64,000 nucleotides of DNA from Amoeboaphelidium protococcarum X5 (taxonomy: Eukaryota > Fungi > Aphelidiomycota), in NCBI GenBank assembly GCA_023515725.1, contig JALDTO010000237.1, positions 186,001-250,000 of the forward strand. Direction: 5' to 3'. The notes under the pieces are model-generated. The model searched no databases, was not told the DNA's origin, and worked only from the letters and a program-made list of their open reading frames with translations. Position 1 is the first letter of the stretch. Each line of letters begins with the position of its first letter. Positions 1-12,960 of the stretch are shown here, piece after piece. Made by a program: the position numbers and the translations under genes.

Positions 1-675
1 TAGAAATTTAAAAAAGTTCTCATCAATGATTTGTGTGATGAACTGTATCTTGGCGTTAAAGGAAATACAGATTCTGAGTATGCATTCGCACTCTATTTGT
101 AGATTCTCTTTGATGGTGATCCAGAGGGAAATAAAGATCGCTTGAAGAAGGGTGGATTCAGTGCTGAAGAATTAGCTGATGCCATGGTGAAAACTATTGC
201 CAGGATTAACAAGTACTGCCTGGATTATCACCGTAAAGTTCATGGTGATGATTTAAGTTCATTCGGTACATCACTGCTCAACTTTGGCCTCACAGATGGA
301 GAGACTGTGATTGCCACACGCTATGTTAACCATCGCGAAAATGAGCCTGCCTCATTGTATTACTCTACTGGATCTGCGTTTGAGTAATGCAGTCCTGGTG
401 TGTATAAAATGCAAAAATCTTAGATGCGAGAGAATGTGTGTATCATTTCATCAGAACCACTTACCTATGAGTGTCGGGACTGGATGTCTGTACCAGCCAA
501 TACCATGATCATATTAGATACTCGATGGTTTAATATCAAGGTGTGTCCAATTCAAGATGAGTATTGGTCTCCAATTGCCTCTAGAAAGAGTCCGGCGTTG
601 AAGTAGATTGAATTATCAGATCCTCAGTTATTCGATCATGCTAAGAGTCCTCTAAGTCCAGCCGTATGGGGATGA
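1..675 (+). CDS. DUG3: Class II glutamine amidotransferase, DUG3-like (5' part outside window)
   Basis: Frame open with TAR=Gln to TGA 673-675; motifs GNTDSEYAFAL, LLNFGLTDGETVIATRY, SLYYSTGS, IISSEPLT. Confidence 0.85.
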
Positions 676-804
676 ACATCTCTGTCATGTTTTAATGCTA
701 ATTTAATTGTAACCTATCATTGCTTTAATTATAACTTTTCTATATCTCTCCTCCTTACGACTATTTTTTATCAAACCACCTCTAAATACCTTGTAAATTT
801 TTGA

Positions 805-1599
<795 letters not shown>

Positions 1600-1660
1600 A
1601 TAATAAAGTGTTGATAGTTAGCGAGTATAAAATTATGAATATCTAAATAACACAAAGATC

Positions 1661-2320
1661 TCATATTCTCTTGGATACCTCAATGGCAACTTTACATCCA
1701 GTTTGTATTACAGCACTAAAGACATTATAGAACGGGGTTTGTTGAGATTCATTGGCCACAGCATGATCCAGATGCTCCATCTCTTCATCGCGGAACGTGG
1801 TAAATAAAGATCTCATACTCTCCAACGCCTATCTATCTTCTATGCGAGTACTATCATCCTGTATCATACGCGTAAGATCCCGTATCTAATCATTATAATG
1901 CTTCCCAATTACAGTCTCCACAGATTCTGTGCAAAGCATCGCCGCGCGTCTGCCCATCAGAGCTGTGGAGAATCCCAATCCAAAACCGAGCACATTCCAC
2001 ACAGGCCACATTGCAGTCGGCCGAATGTTATTCTACTATATAATCTTATTAAATGTATCGCTATGATGTATTTCCTGTTCATACATATGTTTTACCAATG
2101 AATGGATTTTATTACTTGGATAGTTATTGAGCAGCTTCAGTGCAGCAAGTTATCCCTAATATATTCTGATAGCGCCAAGTTCACCAGCCTAATTAACACG
2201 CATCATCTCATGCAATTATTCGCTCTTGGGTACTTTAATCTTATTGATACCAGTTACCTTTGGCATATTATTTGCAGCATATAGTCTTTTATAAATCTAG
2301 AGGCGCATCATCATAATCAT
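1661..2320 (-). CDS. COQ7: 5-demethoxyubiquinone hydroxylase (di-iron)
   Basis: [53 protein letters not shown]; conserved Gln residues encoded by TAG. Confidence 0.92.
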
Positions 2321-2427
2321 TATCCACTTTAAAGTTCAAGACAATAAGCAAAAAGAGATTAAAGGACCGTTTACGCAGAAATCACGATTTCTATTTTTTC
2401 TTATCATAAACACTGTAATACGTAAGA

Positions 2428-3438
2428 ATGACAGGCTCAATAATAAAAGATTTATCAGAATAATTATTAGATGTCGACCAGCCTCTGGCTACTCGATTTA
2501 GAGCTCTATTCTCTCTAAAGGCTCTCAAGGCTGATGTTGATGCAGTGGAGGGAATCTGCTCTGTATTTGATGAAAAGAGACTAAAAGACGGTGTAGATGG
2601 AGCATTGCTAAAACACGAAGTCGCGTACTGTCTTGGTTAGATGGCAAATAAGGCGGCTATTCATACACTGGCGCGTGTATTAAAAGATTAGAGACAAGAT
2701 TCTATGGTAAGACATGAGGCAGCTGAGGCATTAGGAGCGATTGGATGCGATGAGTATGATGGTCTGAAGGTTGTTGATCTCTTGTCAGAATATCTACGCG
2801 ATGATGATGTGGTTGTATCTTAGACATGTGAGTTGGCACTGCAGAAAATCAATTGTCCGAACAATGATAATGATAGTTTGAGTAAGAATAACACATTTAC
2901 CTCTATCGATCCTGCACCGGCATACTCGATTAATTAATTTTCAGTGAATCAGCTAAAAGCGCGTCTATTGGACAAATCTCAGCCTCTGTTTGAGAGATAT
3001 CGCGCCATGTTCACGCTGAGAAACATTGGGAGCGATGAGGCTGTGCTCGCCCTTGCAGATGGTCTCTCGCGGGAGTCTTCGTGTGAAACGGTCGGTAGCT
3101 CTGAGTCTGTGTAAGATGACGCCCTGTTCCGTCATGAAATCGCGTATGTTTTCGGGTAGATGCGACATCCGGCATCCGTTCCCGCCTTGAAGAAGAGTCT
3201 TAGTGACTTGGGTGAGGTGGCAATGGTGAGACACGAAGCAGCAGAAGCTCTGGGATCTATCGCGGAAGAAGGTGATTCACAGGATGTCTATGAACTGCTG
3301 AGAGACAAGACCAATCTGGCTGGCGAGTCGGTTGATGTTGTGCGTGACAGCTGTGTGGTGGCCATTGATATGTACGAGTATGAGAAGGACTGTAATCAAT
3401 TCAATTTTACCAGTGGTCAAGGGCCTATCGGCCAATGA
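2428..3438 (+). CDS. DOHH: Deoxyhypusine hydroxylase
   Basis: Duplicated HEAT-like repeats [24 protein letters not shown] (x2), [19 protein letters not shown]. Confidence 0.93.
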
Positions 3439-3893
3439 ATAATTAAGTATCAACAATAGATTGAACGTGAATTTTCAGTTTTGATAATCTTATCAGGTGT
3501 CTATACTATGAATTTATTTTTAAAAGGAAATGTACGCCACGTATCTGTCAAGACATTTTACTTGCAATGTCTTGTTATATGAAAGGCGTATTGTCGATAT
3601 TAGATCACATCAAAAGAACGCGTCATGAAACGTTATCATGACCTTCAAAACATGGAAAGACAATGAACTATTGTACTTTCCCCATCAAAAATGTGATCTC
3701 AAGAATGAATGAATGAAGAAAAGAAGGAGAAACGTCTCGTGACACGAAACGCGTCGCTCTGTCCGTCCCGTTCCGGTTCTTCTTTTCTCATTTCAGATTG
3801 CCTGCGATACACCTTTGTAATTGCTATTATTAAAGTGCCATAACACAGTCAAAGCTTGTAATTACAGAGACTCATAATTGTAATTCAAGAGAA

Positions 3894-5627
3894 ATGAGTA
3901 AGAAAGGTGTCAAGTATGATGATGATAAGTCTTCAGAATAGGATTTTCTCATTTAGACTAAAGTGAATCTGTACCTGTATAATCCTACTAATTAGATGTT
4001 TGTATTGCAGACTTCCGATGCATTTATTGAGATTGAGAAAACTGGATAGTTTGAGTACGTTCTTAGTGTATCTGACTCCAAGACTGACAATGTCTATATG
4101 TCTCAGCCTATTGATAGTTCAATGAATTCCGTGTTTAACAAGGAGCATGGATCATTTATCTGGGTGTATCACGATGAAGTGAAGAAGGTATCTTACTCGT
4201 GGTCGGTCAAGTTCTTGGAGAATGGTGGATACACTGAATTCTAGGAAGTATTCGGACCTTGCCTGTATGAATCTATGAATAGAGACAGTTTCAAGAAGGT
4301 GACCATTGGTGATAAGCAGTATCTGACCAGAGGATACGCGATTGAGGATGTTGAGATGACTGATGGTTTTGAGACTGCTTCTGAGCATCGCGGAGATGAT
4401 AGTGACGACGAGTAAAGCAGATATGATGATGATGGCGATGATAGAAGACATGCTGCTGCTGATAGTTCTGATTAGAGTGAGTCTGAAGATGAAGAGGAGT
4501 AGCCGTAGAGACGTATCAGAGGTGGTAAGACCAGTTTGTCATACAACGCCGACTTGCCGGAAGAGTATCTCTCATAGACTTAGAAAAATACTAATCTGAC
4601 AATGTCTTATGTGAATAATAGGTCTTTTGTTACGCGTGGTAACATAATCGGTGTCTTTAAGAATGATGTCGATAATGTTCAATACGCCACCACGATTAAT
4701 AATGTGAAGAGACCAAGTGATAAGAAATCATTTAGTCCGTCTAAAGTAATGCTGCACAATCAAGATTCTTCTCTAGTGCTTATGGATAGAGATAGACCGA
4801 ATGAGCTATACAGAATGGACTTGGAGGCTGGCAAGATTGTGGATGAGTGGAAAGTTAATGACTCTATTCAAGTTAAAGATTTCACTAACCTGACCAAGTA
4901 CGGGTAGACGGATACGGAATAGAGATTTGTGGGTGTTAGTCACAATGCCTTGTTTAATATTGATCCTCGTCAGCCTGATGCTATGATTCTCGATAATGAG
5001 ATGAAGCAATATAAGAGCAAGAATGAGTTCAGCTGTGTCGCCACCACTGGAAAAGGTGATTTAGTTGTGGCCAGCGATAAGGGAGATATCAGATTGTATA
5101 ACGATGTTGCCAAACGGGCCAAGACCCTTCTGCCTGGATTCGGCGACAATATCATTGGAGTAGATGTATCGGAGGATGGTGAGTACATTCTGGCCACGTG
5201 CAAAACCTACCTTCTACTCATTCCAGCCAAGGTATCCACTGATAATGGACTGGTTGATGGTTTCTCTAAATCGCTCGGCTCTAATAAACCGACTCCAAAG
5301 CGTCTACAGTTGCGGCCAGAGCACATTGCCTACATGAACTCTCAGATCTCCTTCACACCAGCCAAATTTAACACTGAGCCGGGAAGCAAGGAGAAGAGCA
5401 TTGTCACAAGCACGGGGCCGTATGTCATCACATGGAACTTTAGGCAGGTGAAGAATGGAAAACTGAACAGCTACAGTATCAACAAGTATCCCGGACGTGT
5501 CGTTGCTGATAGATTTATGCACAAGTCTGATAAACATGTTATCGTCGCATTGGAAGATGATGTGACTGTTGCCAGCAAGAAGGACTTTAAATCTCCTGCC
5601 AAGATGTTTACCACCAAGAAGGCTTGA
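3894..5627 (+). CDS. VID27: Vacuolar import and degradation protein 27 (PH-like + WD40)
   Basis: SWSVKF PH-like region; LYRMDLEAGKIVDEW, GDIRLY, RAKTLLPGFGDNIIGVDVS, RLQLRPEH. Confidence 0.9.
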
Positions 5628-5923
5628 CTATTACTTTGTATGTGCTTAAATGATTGGTGATTACTGACTCTTTTGATTTGAATGAATTTAATAAAGTAGC
5701 TTTGTATTTGCATAAATTGCACTGTACTCAATCAATTTTGCGGGATAGATTTTGTTCCCACCTTCCTCTTTAGTTTCTCTTGACTATGATTTTGATTGTC
5801 TTTTGTTGTTTCACTTCCGTTTCTGAGTGAAACAAGTTTGAACTTTTCTTCTCTTTACTGCTCGTATCGTTTATTTAATAAAGGAATTACTAATATTGAT
5901 AAATAAGTAATTGTAATTGCAGT

Positions 5924-6481
5924 ATGGACAAGATTAAGGAAAAGATTACACTGCTAAAGAATGAGATTGATGCAGCGAATAATCGCTATGACTCTGCAGC
6001 CAAGAAGCTGAATGGAGTGAATGATTTGTTGGCAGCGAAAGGTGAGAACTATAGCTATAGTTTTATGTGATTATAACTTATTCTGAATGATAATTGTGTA
6101 TTGCATAATGTAGATGAGGAAATTGCTAGTTACTTGGGAAAGATTGCCAGTCTGGAGGAAGATATTGCGAATTGCGAGGACAGATACAATGCTGAGAAGA
6201 ATCTGCAGGCTCAAGGCGAGAGTCAGAAAGGCTAGACTGATGCTTTGGTTCGCAAGATTTAGCTATTGGAAATCTCCTATAACCAGTTCACTCCAAAGAT
6301 CAAGGCTGCTGAAGATTAGCTGAGACAGCTTGAGAGCAGAAGCACCTAGTCCGCTGCCAAGATTCAAAAGTTGGAACAAGATAAGGAGAATTATGAGTAG
6401 CAGTATGAAGACATGTATGCCAAGAGCAACGCTGTGAAGCAGGAGCTAGAAGCGACTCTAAGATCGCTGCAAGAATTATGA
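5924..6481 (+). CDS. TPM1: Tropomyosin (intron 6042-6113)
   Basis: MDKIKEKI N-terminus, continuous heptad coiled coil of about 160 aa; GT..AG intron restores the frame. Confidence 0.8.
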
Positions 6482-6590
6482 TCATCGACTTGAGTATTAT
6501 GATAAGCGGTAGTATGTATGAGTGATGGATTTAAACAGTGATTGATAGTAGTTTTACTTGTTGAATTGGAAATTCCGATCCTCATTTTCT

Positions 6591-6779
6591 CATGTGGGTT
6601 AATCGATCATTGGTACACTTTAAAAAAGCTCCAGCAATCTTTTCATTGGGGTCCCCACATAGCCCCTTAATAGCAGAGCAACAGTATAGTACGAGCATAA
6701 CGATAAGCAATTACAAAACACTTCTATGATTTAGTGATCAGATGTTAAGCAAGGCGCAATAGAGTCTCTTGCAAGACCT
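6591..6779 (-). ncRNA. Candidate Fanzor omegaRNA scaffold / element right end
   Basis: Lies immediately 3' of the Fanzor stop; hairpin at 6644-6672 whose loop (AUGUGGG) is complementary to CCCACAU at 6592-6598; palindrome at 6767-6776. Confidence 0.4.
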
Positions 6780-9017
6780 TCATATGGACATCACGAACTC
6801 CTTGTATAGTGTCTAATCCGCTTAGTTCGCAGTAACCAATTTCACTTCTTCCTTAGAAAAACTTCGAGACATAACATTATATGATCCAACATTATCCCGA
6901 TATGCACGAAAATCACCCAACATGAAGTACTCATCAGCACCAAGACAGTTATGTAGCACATTCTGAAACGGATGTTGTTTCGACGTAAACTCCTCCGTTG
7001 TCACGAGCACGTACTTTCCAGATCTAAATATATTAGCTTATGCAATTGCAATAAGTTTCATACGACACTTGTAATGGCTAAACGCCAATAGAGTCTTCCG
7101 CGTATTTTTATGGAGAATATGCCCAGAATTTTATTAACCACGCGAGTGTGTTACCAGTACATCGGCCGTATCACTTAGAACGGGAGGTAGATTCAAACGC
7201 TCTCTCCGTTTCTTCACCATCTTAATAGTCAGAAACTCGGGAAGAATGATTAGATCATAATGCCGCATCAAAAAGTTGTCAATTCGGTTATGCAAATTCG
7301 ATACATATGCAGAGAATTTGGTGTAAGCACGACTAATGCCAATATCAGTGGGAACAACATTATTCTTTGATTACTTCCATGTGTGCCATAATTCTTTCTT
7401 CTACGCTTTAAACTCCTCCAGACTCAATTGTCCATTCTGTAAAGCAGCTGCGCGATTATCCATCTAATCTTTCAGAGACTATGCATTGGAAATCTATTCA
7501 CTCTTATTCTTATAAAGCTACTTGAAATCAGGCGCAATCGCAAAGAATGACCTGCGATCCAAATCGAAGACGGTCATGCTCACTCTAACACCTGGATCCA
7601 CCGAGCAAGTGTTTCCAGTTTAACGGCAACGCGCATCACGGCGGCTTATAAATGATCTAGCACCTTCAAGATTCTCATCTGCATTATTCATATCTTGCAG
7701 TTGCTAGTAATACCAATCAGTGAATGGACCTTATATACAGGAGGCATCATACGAAACAATCACAAAGAACTTTTTTCTTCTTTTCACGAGCTTGAACTCT
7801 CTTCCTCTGCCATAGCCAAACTTGATGAAACGGGGCCAGTAGTCAATCTTGCCAGGCTCTTAGAATAGAGGATCTTTGGCATACAGTTTCCCAAAGCTCT
7901 TGAGGAATGAAGGCAGTAGGCGGACGCGATTGCTATCTGGATCTACACGGGCATCTTACGCTTGAAACTGGAGCATCTAAAACTAATCATCATCTCTATT
8001 TGGCATAAAGTTGTAGTCTTTGATATCACCCTTTGTATACTTCTCATGAGCCGCATAGTAATACGTGCGAGTCGCATTAATAATCTCATCTTGCACTGTA
8101 GATGGCATTCGCATCCAACGCAATCTTGGGTCGTCATCAGGCACGCGGCACTTTTTGGCTTTGACTTAACTTAGCGCAACATGGTTCCTTAGCGCTTGTA
8201 TTGACACCTTTTCTCCTTAATCTCTGGAATCATTCAAAATGTTAATGATGAAATTGGCCATTTGAAACTTGAGATCCAGCCATTCATTGAATTTGTGTAT
8301 GAACTTCTTATCAGGGAATATACGAATATTAATCGAGCGTATCTGATCATACTGATTCAGTTCGGCAATCTCTCGCCGATTTTTCATCTTGCCGATTTTT
8401 GGTTTCATGTTTTCCAACGCCACTAGAGATTATTCCGAAAGCTGTAGCACTTTCTTCTTCTTCTTCTTCTTCTTCTTCAAACTCTTAGATGACGACTATT
8501 ACTGCTTAGATTTCCATTTAGCCATTAGAGAGTCTGTATCTGATGCAATCTACTGATTCCGCATTTTGGATTCAATGATATTCTCAATTTAATGCTGCAC
8601 CTGACTAAAACTTTACTTCTCCTGGCTCTCACTTACGTTTTGTCCCATGTCTTTACGATTTAAATTAGGATTGAACTTTGCTGTTAAGGAGTGTTCTGTT
8701 TATTAAGATTACGGTATTTGCCAGTCCTTGTCAGTGCATTTTAACAACAGTCGTTAATTGAACGCGTCTGTGTTGCCATTCCAAACATAATGTCCAAACC
8801 ATTCAGATTTAGTATTATACCAAAGGGCAAATACTGGAGCAAATGCGGCAAATGATGATGCGCCAAGTTCTTTGACTATCCGAATATCAACTTCATTGAT
8901 CACCTTAGCACACACGGAGAGAAATCCGGGAATATCTTGATGATATGCTTAAGTTTTGAAATCTTCTAGTGCTGTCTTTGCAGCCGCAGATAATTCACGT
9001 TTTTGGCTTGGCTACAT
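6780..9017 (-). CDS. Fanzor2 / TnpB-family RNA-guided endonuclease, 745 aa
   Basis: Single table-6 ORF: RSINIRIFPDKK..EW..MANFII (OrfB HTH/WED start), RuvC-I CSVDPG (D474), RuvC-II YDLIILPEF then TRKTLLAFSHYKCRMKL, VTTEEFTSK (E675), RuvC-III YRDNVGSYNV (D708). Confidence 0.88.
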
Positions 9018-9422
9018 TTTCAAATGATCAGTATTGCGATGAAAGAATTAGAACACTGTCAGTAAGCATTGAATACAATGCAATGATGAGATGTGACACG
9101 ACCAGTCATCATTTCATTGTGATATCAATGAGGATGGTCGCAGCTTAAAACCACTCAGGAGTTATTGGTATTGTTAAGGTATTGAGACAAGCTCAGAAGA
9201 TTGGCAATAAAGTAAACGAGTAATTAGATTCTTGACTTGTATTGAAGAGTATGTAAAAATATATAGAATCTCATTGATAATCGTATTTAAAATAAGACTA
9301 ACTATCATACAAATACTTTATGGATAAAAAATTTCAAAAGGACTTGGTGCACGAATGATTGATCCGCCCAATTTTCGCCTTTTTATTGAATTATCACGCT
9401 GTGATATTACTTGAATGGAAAC

Positions 9423-11411
9423 ATGATTAGAGGCTGGTTTAGGCATGATGGCGCTCACTTATACCTAAGATAAGCGATAGGATCTCGGTCGCATAGAAGC
9501 AGCTAAATATTTAGGAGAAGTATCACATAATCTACGCGCTTAGAAGATCACAGAATTAATTAAGAGCAGGTGCGTTTGATGTTTGATTGCGCTAAATCTG
9601 ATACTGATATCGAGACTGTGTTATAAGCAAATGCTGATGCTCTAGATGGATTAGATTCAGTTTAGCTTTCTTATTTGTATGAGTTTTAGATAAGGCCTGC
9701 TGTCTAGGATGGAATCGGATGGATGGATTTCTGGCGACAATTCAGAGAGCAATCTGCGGCAGATAAATCCTCGTTGGATGATAGTGAGTAATAGGACTAC
9801 GCTGGGCTTTAGCGGACATTTACCACAGAATAAGATAAGAAGATACTAGAGCTCATGGGCAAGCTTGGGATGTATCCTAGTCCGACCGAAATTGACCGTG
9901 TGATGCGTGAAATTGGCGCTGACGTATCTTTATCGTAATTAAGAGTACGATATCAGCGATTACTTAAATGGCGGTCGTCCAGCTCGCATCTATCATCTAA
10001 TAAATAATCAGAATTATCTGAAGAATCGGCAGTGGATGTTTTGAAGAATTACTTTAAATCTAAACCTTGGAATTAGCCAAATTAGACTAAGGTCGATGAT
10101 CAAAAATCTCGCGCAAAGATCGTATATCGTCATCTCCACCCTGCAGCTGCACCTGTCAATAACTTGGCTTAATTAATTTTGACAAATCAAGCATTGATGC
10201 TTGGCGCTGAAAGTGAAAGTAAATTGTTCCCACTATCTTAAATGACTTTGGAAGATTATAAGAGTAATCTTGAGCGTGGCCTATTAAGTTGCAGATATTA
10301 TATTCGAGCGGAAGATTCAGCCCAAAAGTTATCTGCTGATGAAGAGCAAAAGCTGCGCACTTTAATCTTGGAGGCCACTGGTGGATAACTTAATTTTAAT
10401 TCCCTTTTACCTTAATAGTGGAGTGAAATTGCTGGAAAGATGCAGATTAGTAAATTGCGCTGTAAACGCGTAGCTAAAGAGGTGATGTCTAAGTAGGTGA
10501 CAGGTGGCACCGGACACAAAGATAGATCGCTGCGTTCTGACAGTGATAGATATTCCACTGAAGTGACCATACTTCTTATTCGCAAGTGGCTCCAGTATCA
10601 GTCATTGGATGCGTTATTCTCTGCGCTAGACACTGATGAAGAGTTGGCGTAAGCGTGTGTAGCTCACCGCGGTTTTCTGTCTATAAAATCTCATTTAACT
10701 CGACTGGCACACCAGGCAATTCTCAAGCGTGGTAGAGGATACTCTTTTATGGTGCAATTGAACATCTCCGAGGCACAGTTATAGTAGCTGCTTAAAAACA
10801 ACAAAAGACGTGAAAAGAAGGGAACATAGATGTCATAGATTTAATAAAACCCGCATAACCTCTTCAAATTAAAACCATCTTATAACAATAAAAGCATCTG
10901 CAGCTCACGCACAAATTTACTCAAAGCTTAGCCCCGCTCATCTGCGCAATCTTAATACTCTGACGCATGCCGAGATCCAACATAATCTCCTCACTACCAC
11001 CCGGAATAGCATAAGCTCTCACCTCTCTGTACAAACGCTCAACCTTCTCGCCTTGACCGCCTCTGGTATACGCCAGACCACCGAATATCTGCGCAGCTTC
11101 TCTCGCACAGTACTCAAACACTTGCGTCGCCTGAGCTTTACACAAAGCAATTGGACCTCCCAACTTCAGCATCTACTACTCTTTCGGCATGGTCTTTGTC
11201 TAAAAGATCAGACTCTCCATCCAGGCATGAGTAGCTTCAATCTGGCGTGCCATGTGAGCCAACTTGTTCCTAATCACTGGATGGTCAACCAGGCGCTTTC
11301 CAAACGTCTTTCTCTTGTGAGCATACTTCAAAGCTTCTTCATAACAGACACGCGCAAATCTGGTGGACTGAATACAAATACCCAGTCTCTCATGATTAAA
11401 GTTGTACATGA
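9423..11411 (+). CDS. Hypothetical protein with Myb/SANT-like repeats; true 3' end probably near 10810-10900
   Basis: RTFTTEQDKKILELMGKLG..QLRVRYQRL and LSADEEQKLRTL..QWSEIAGKM; Arg/Ser-rich N-terminus; first in-frame TGA is only at 11409, inside the antisense ACAD gene. Confidence 0.5.
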
Positions 11412-12562
11412 TATACTTGAATCCCTGATTCTCTTTACCGATCAAGTTCTCTTTTGGCACCTTGACATCTTCAAAGGTGATATACGCCGTACCAGAAGAC
11501 CAGACACCAGAGCAGTCCATACGGCGAGTCTTAACACCAGGCATTGTGCGTTCAATTAACAGCAAAGAGATTCCGCTCATTCCAGCGTCTCCAGTTCTCA
11601 CTGCGACAGTAAAATAATCTGCCCACGCACCATTCGTAATCCACTTCTTTTCTCCATTCACAATATAATGCTCAGCGTCTTCACTCTCTCTAGCCTCACA
11701 TCTGATCTAGGCAACATCACTGCCAGCGTACGGTTCCGTGATTGCCAAGCAAATGCACTTTTAACCGCTCAAACACTCTGGTATCACTCTCTACTTCATC
11801 TAAGGGGATGCAAACATAACCAACGGTGGACAGCCTATACCTAATCCGCCTATAAGCGCCCATAATGTACCTCCAGAACCACAACGACTCAATTCATCAC
11901 ATACGATAAACTCATGGAAGGCGTCAAACTTCTCTGGCGCGATATCACCCACCATTGGACCCATGTATTCAGGAATATTACCACCGCAAACTGCAGCCAG
12001 TAAACCAATTTCTGCGCACTTGATGTATAACTATCTGGGAACCTGTTTAGCCTCGTCCCACTCATTACAATACGGCATGATCTCCTTCTCGGTGAATTCG
12101 CGCACAATACGGCGCACTCTGCGGTGACTTTCGTCATAGTAAGGAGATTGGAAGTCACTGTACCAGTACGGATCGCCAAATGGCACAAGATCACCAAAAG
12201 GTGCACTCTCAGAATCATCATGTGCCTATGCAGATTACTTCGGCTCATCAGCACCAACATCAGCTACAAACAACTTTGGACCATACTTTTCCAAGACTGC
12301 AGAATTATGGAAAGCGTCAAACTACTTGGTAGCATCAGTTCCCGCAGCTTTTAATAAAACCTTCTTACCACCTACATTAAACTTCAGTAATTAATTATGA
12401 TAATGATATTAATATGGAATGACGAAATTAGAATAAGATCTTACCAGGGTGATCATTCAGAAACTTGGTCACATCATACGCCTTTCCATGAACCACAATC
12501 CAAATGTCCATCTCACTGCTATGCTTAGCCACCTCCTCCAAAGTAACTTTCTTTCCCACCAT
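10921..12562 (-). CDS. Acyl-CoA dehydrogenase with N-terminal cytochrome b5 domain (intron 12372-12444)
   Basis: YDVTKFLNDHPGG b5 motif; CLAITEPYAGSDVA, NGEKKWITNG, QIFGGLAY, AIPGGSEEIM. Confidence 0.93.
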
Positions 12563-12960
12563 TGCTATACTTTAAATATGTGCTTCTAAGCGAATAAGTT
12601 AGTATCAAATATTTAATGAGATGGTCGTTCTCAAAGAACAGAGAATACAGTACGTTTCGGAACGGCGCGAGAACAGTCAGGCGAGAAACGGACGGCGAGA
12701 GTTGAGATTCCAAGTAAATAAAGCTCAAGTTGAAAACGCGAAAAGTTTTAGCGTTACGATTCTATGACACATTGTGATGTGGCGTGATCTGGTTGTGTTA
12801 GTAATTGAAGCATCAGTGCTATAAAAAGATATCGATTGGTATGCTTCTTCTCTTCTAGAAAAGGTGAAGAGTTCAGGATTATGCATGTGAGATATGAGTG
12901 AATAATACAATATTTACAATCTCAAGTAGCTCCTCCGCCGAAACAGTAACAGGTGTTTTG

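Noticed and set aside
6571-6590. Fanzor guide targeting the CRESS insertion in this window
   Set aside because: No convincing match to 32604-35081 found by eye
9570-9645. Apparent GTGCGT..TAG intron in the Myb-like gene
   Set aside because: The frame is open through it from ATG 9423, so no intron is needed
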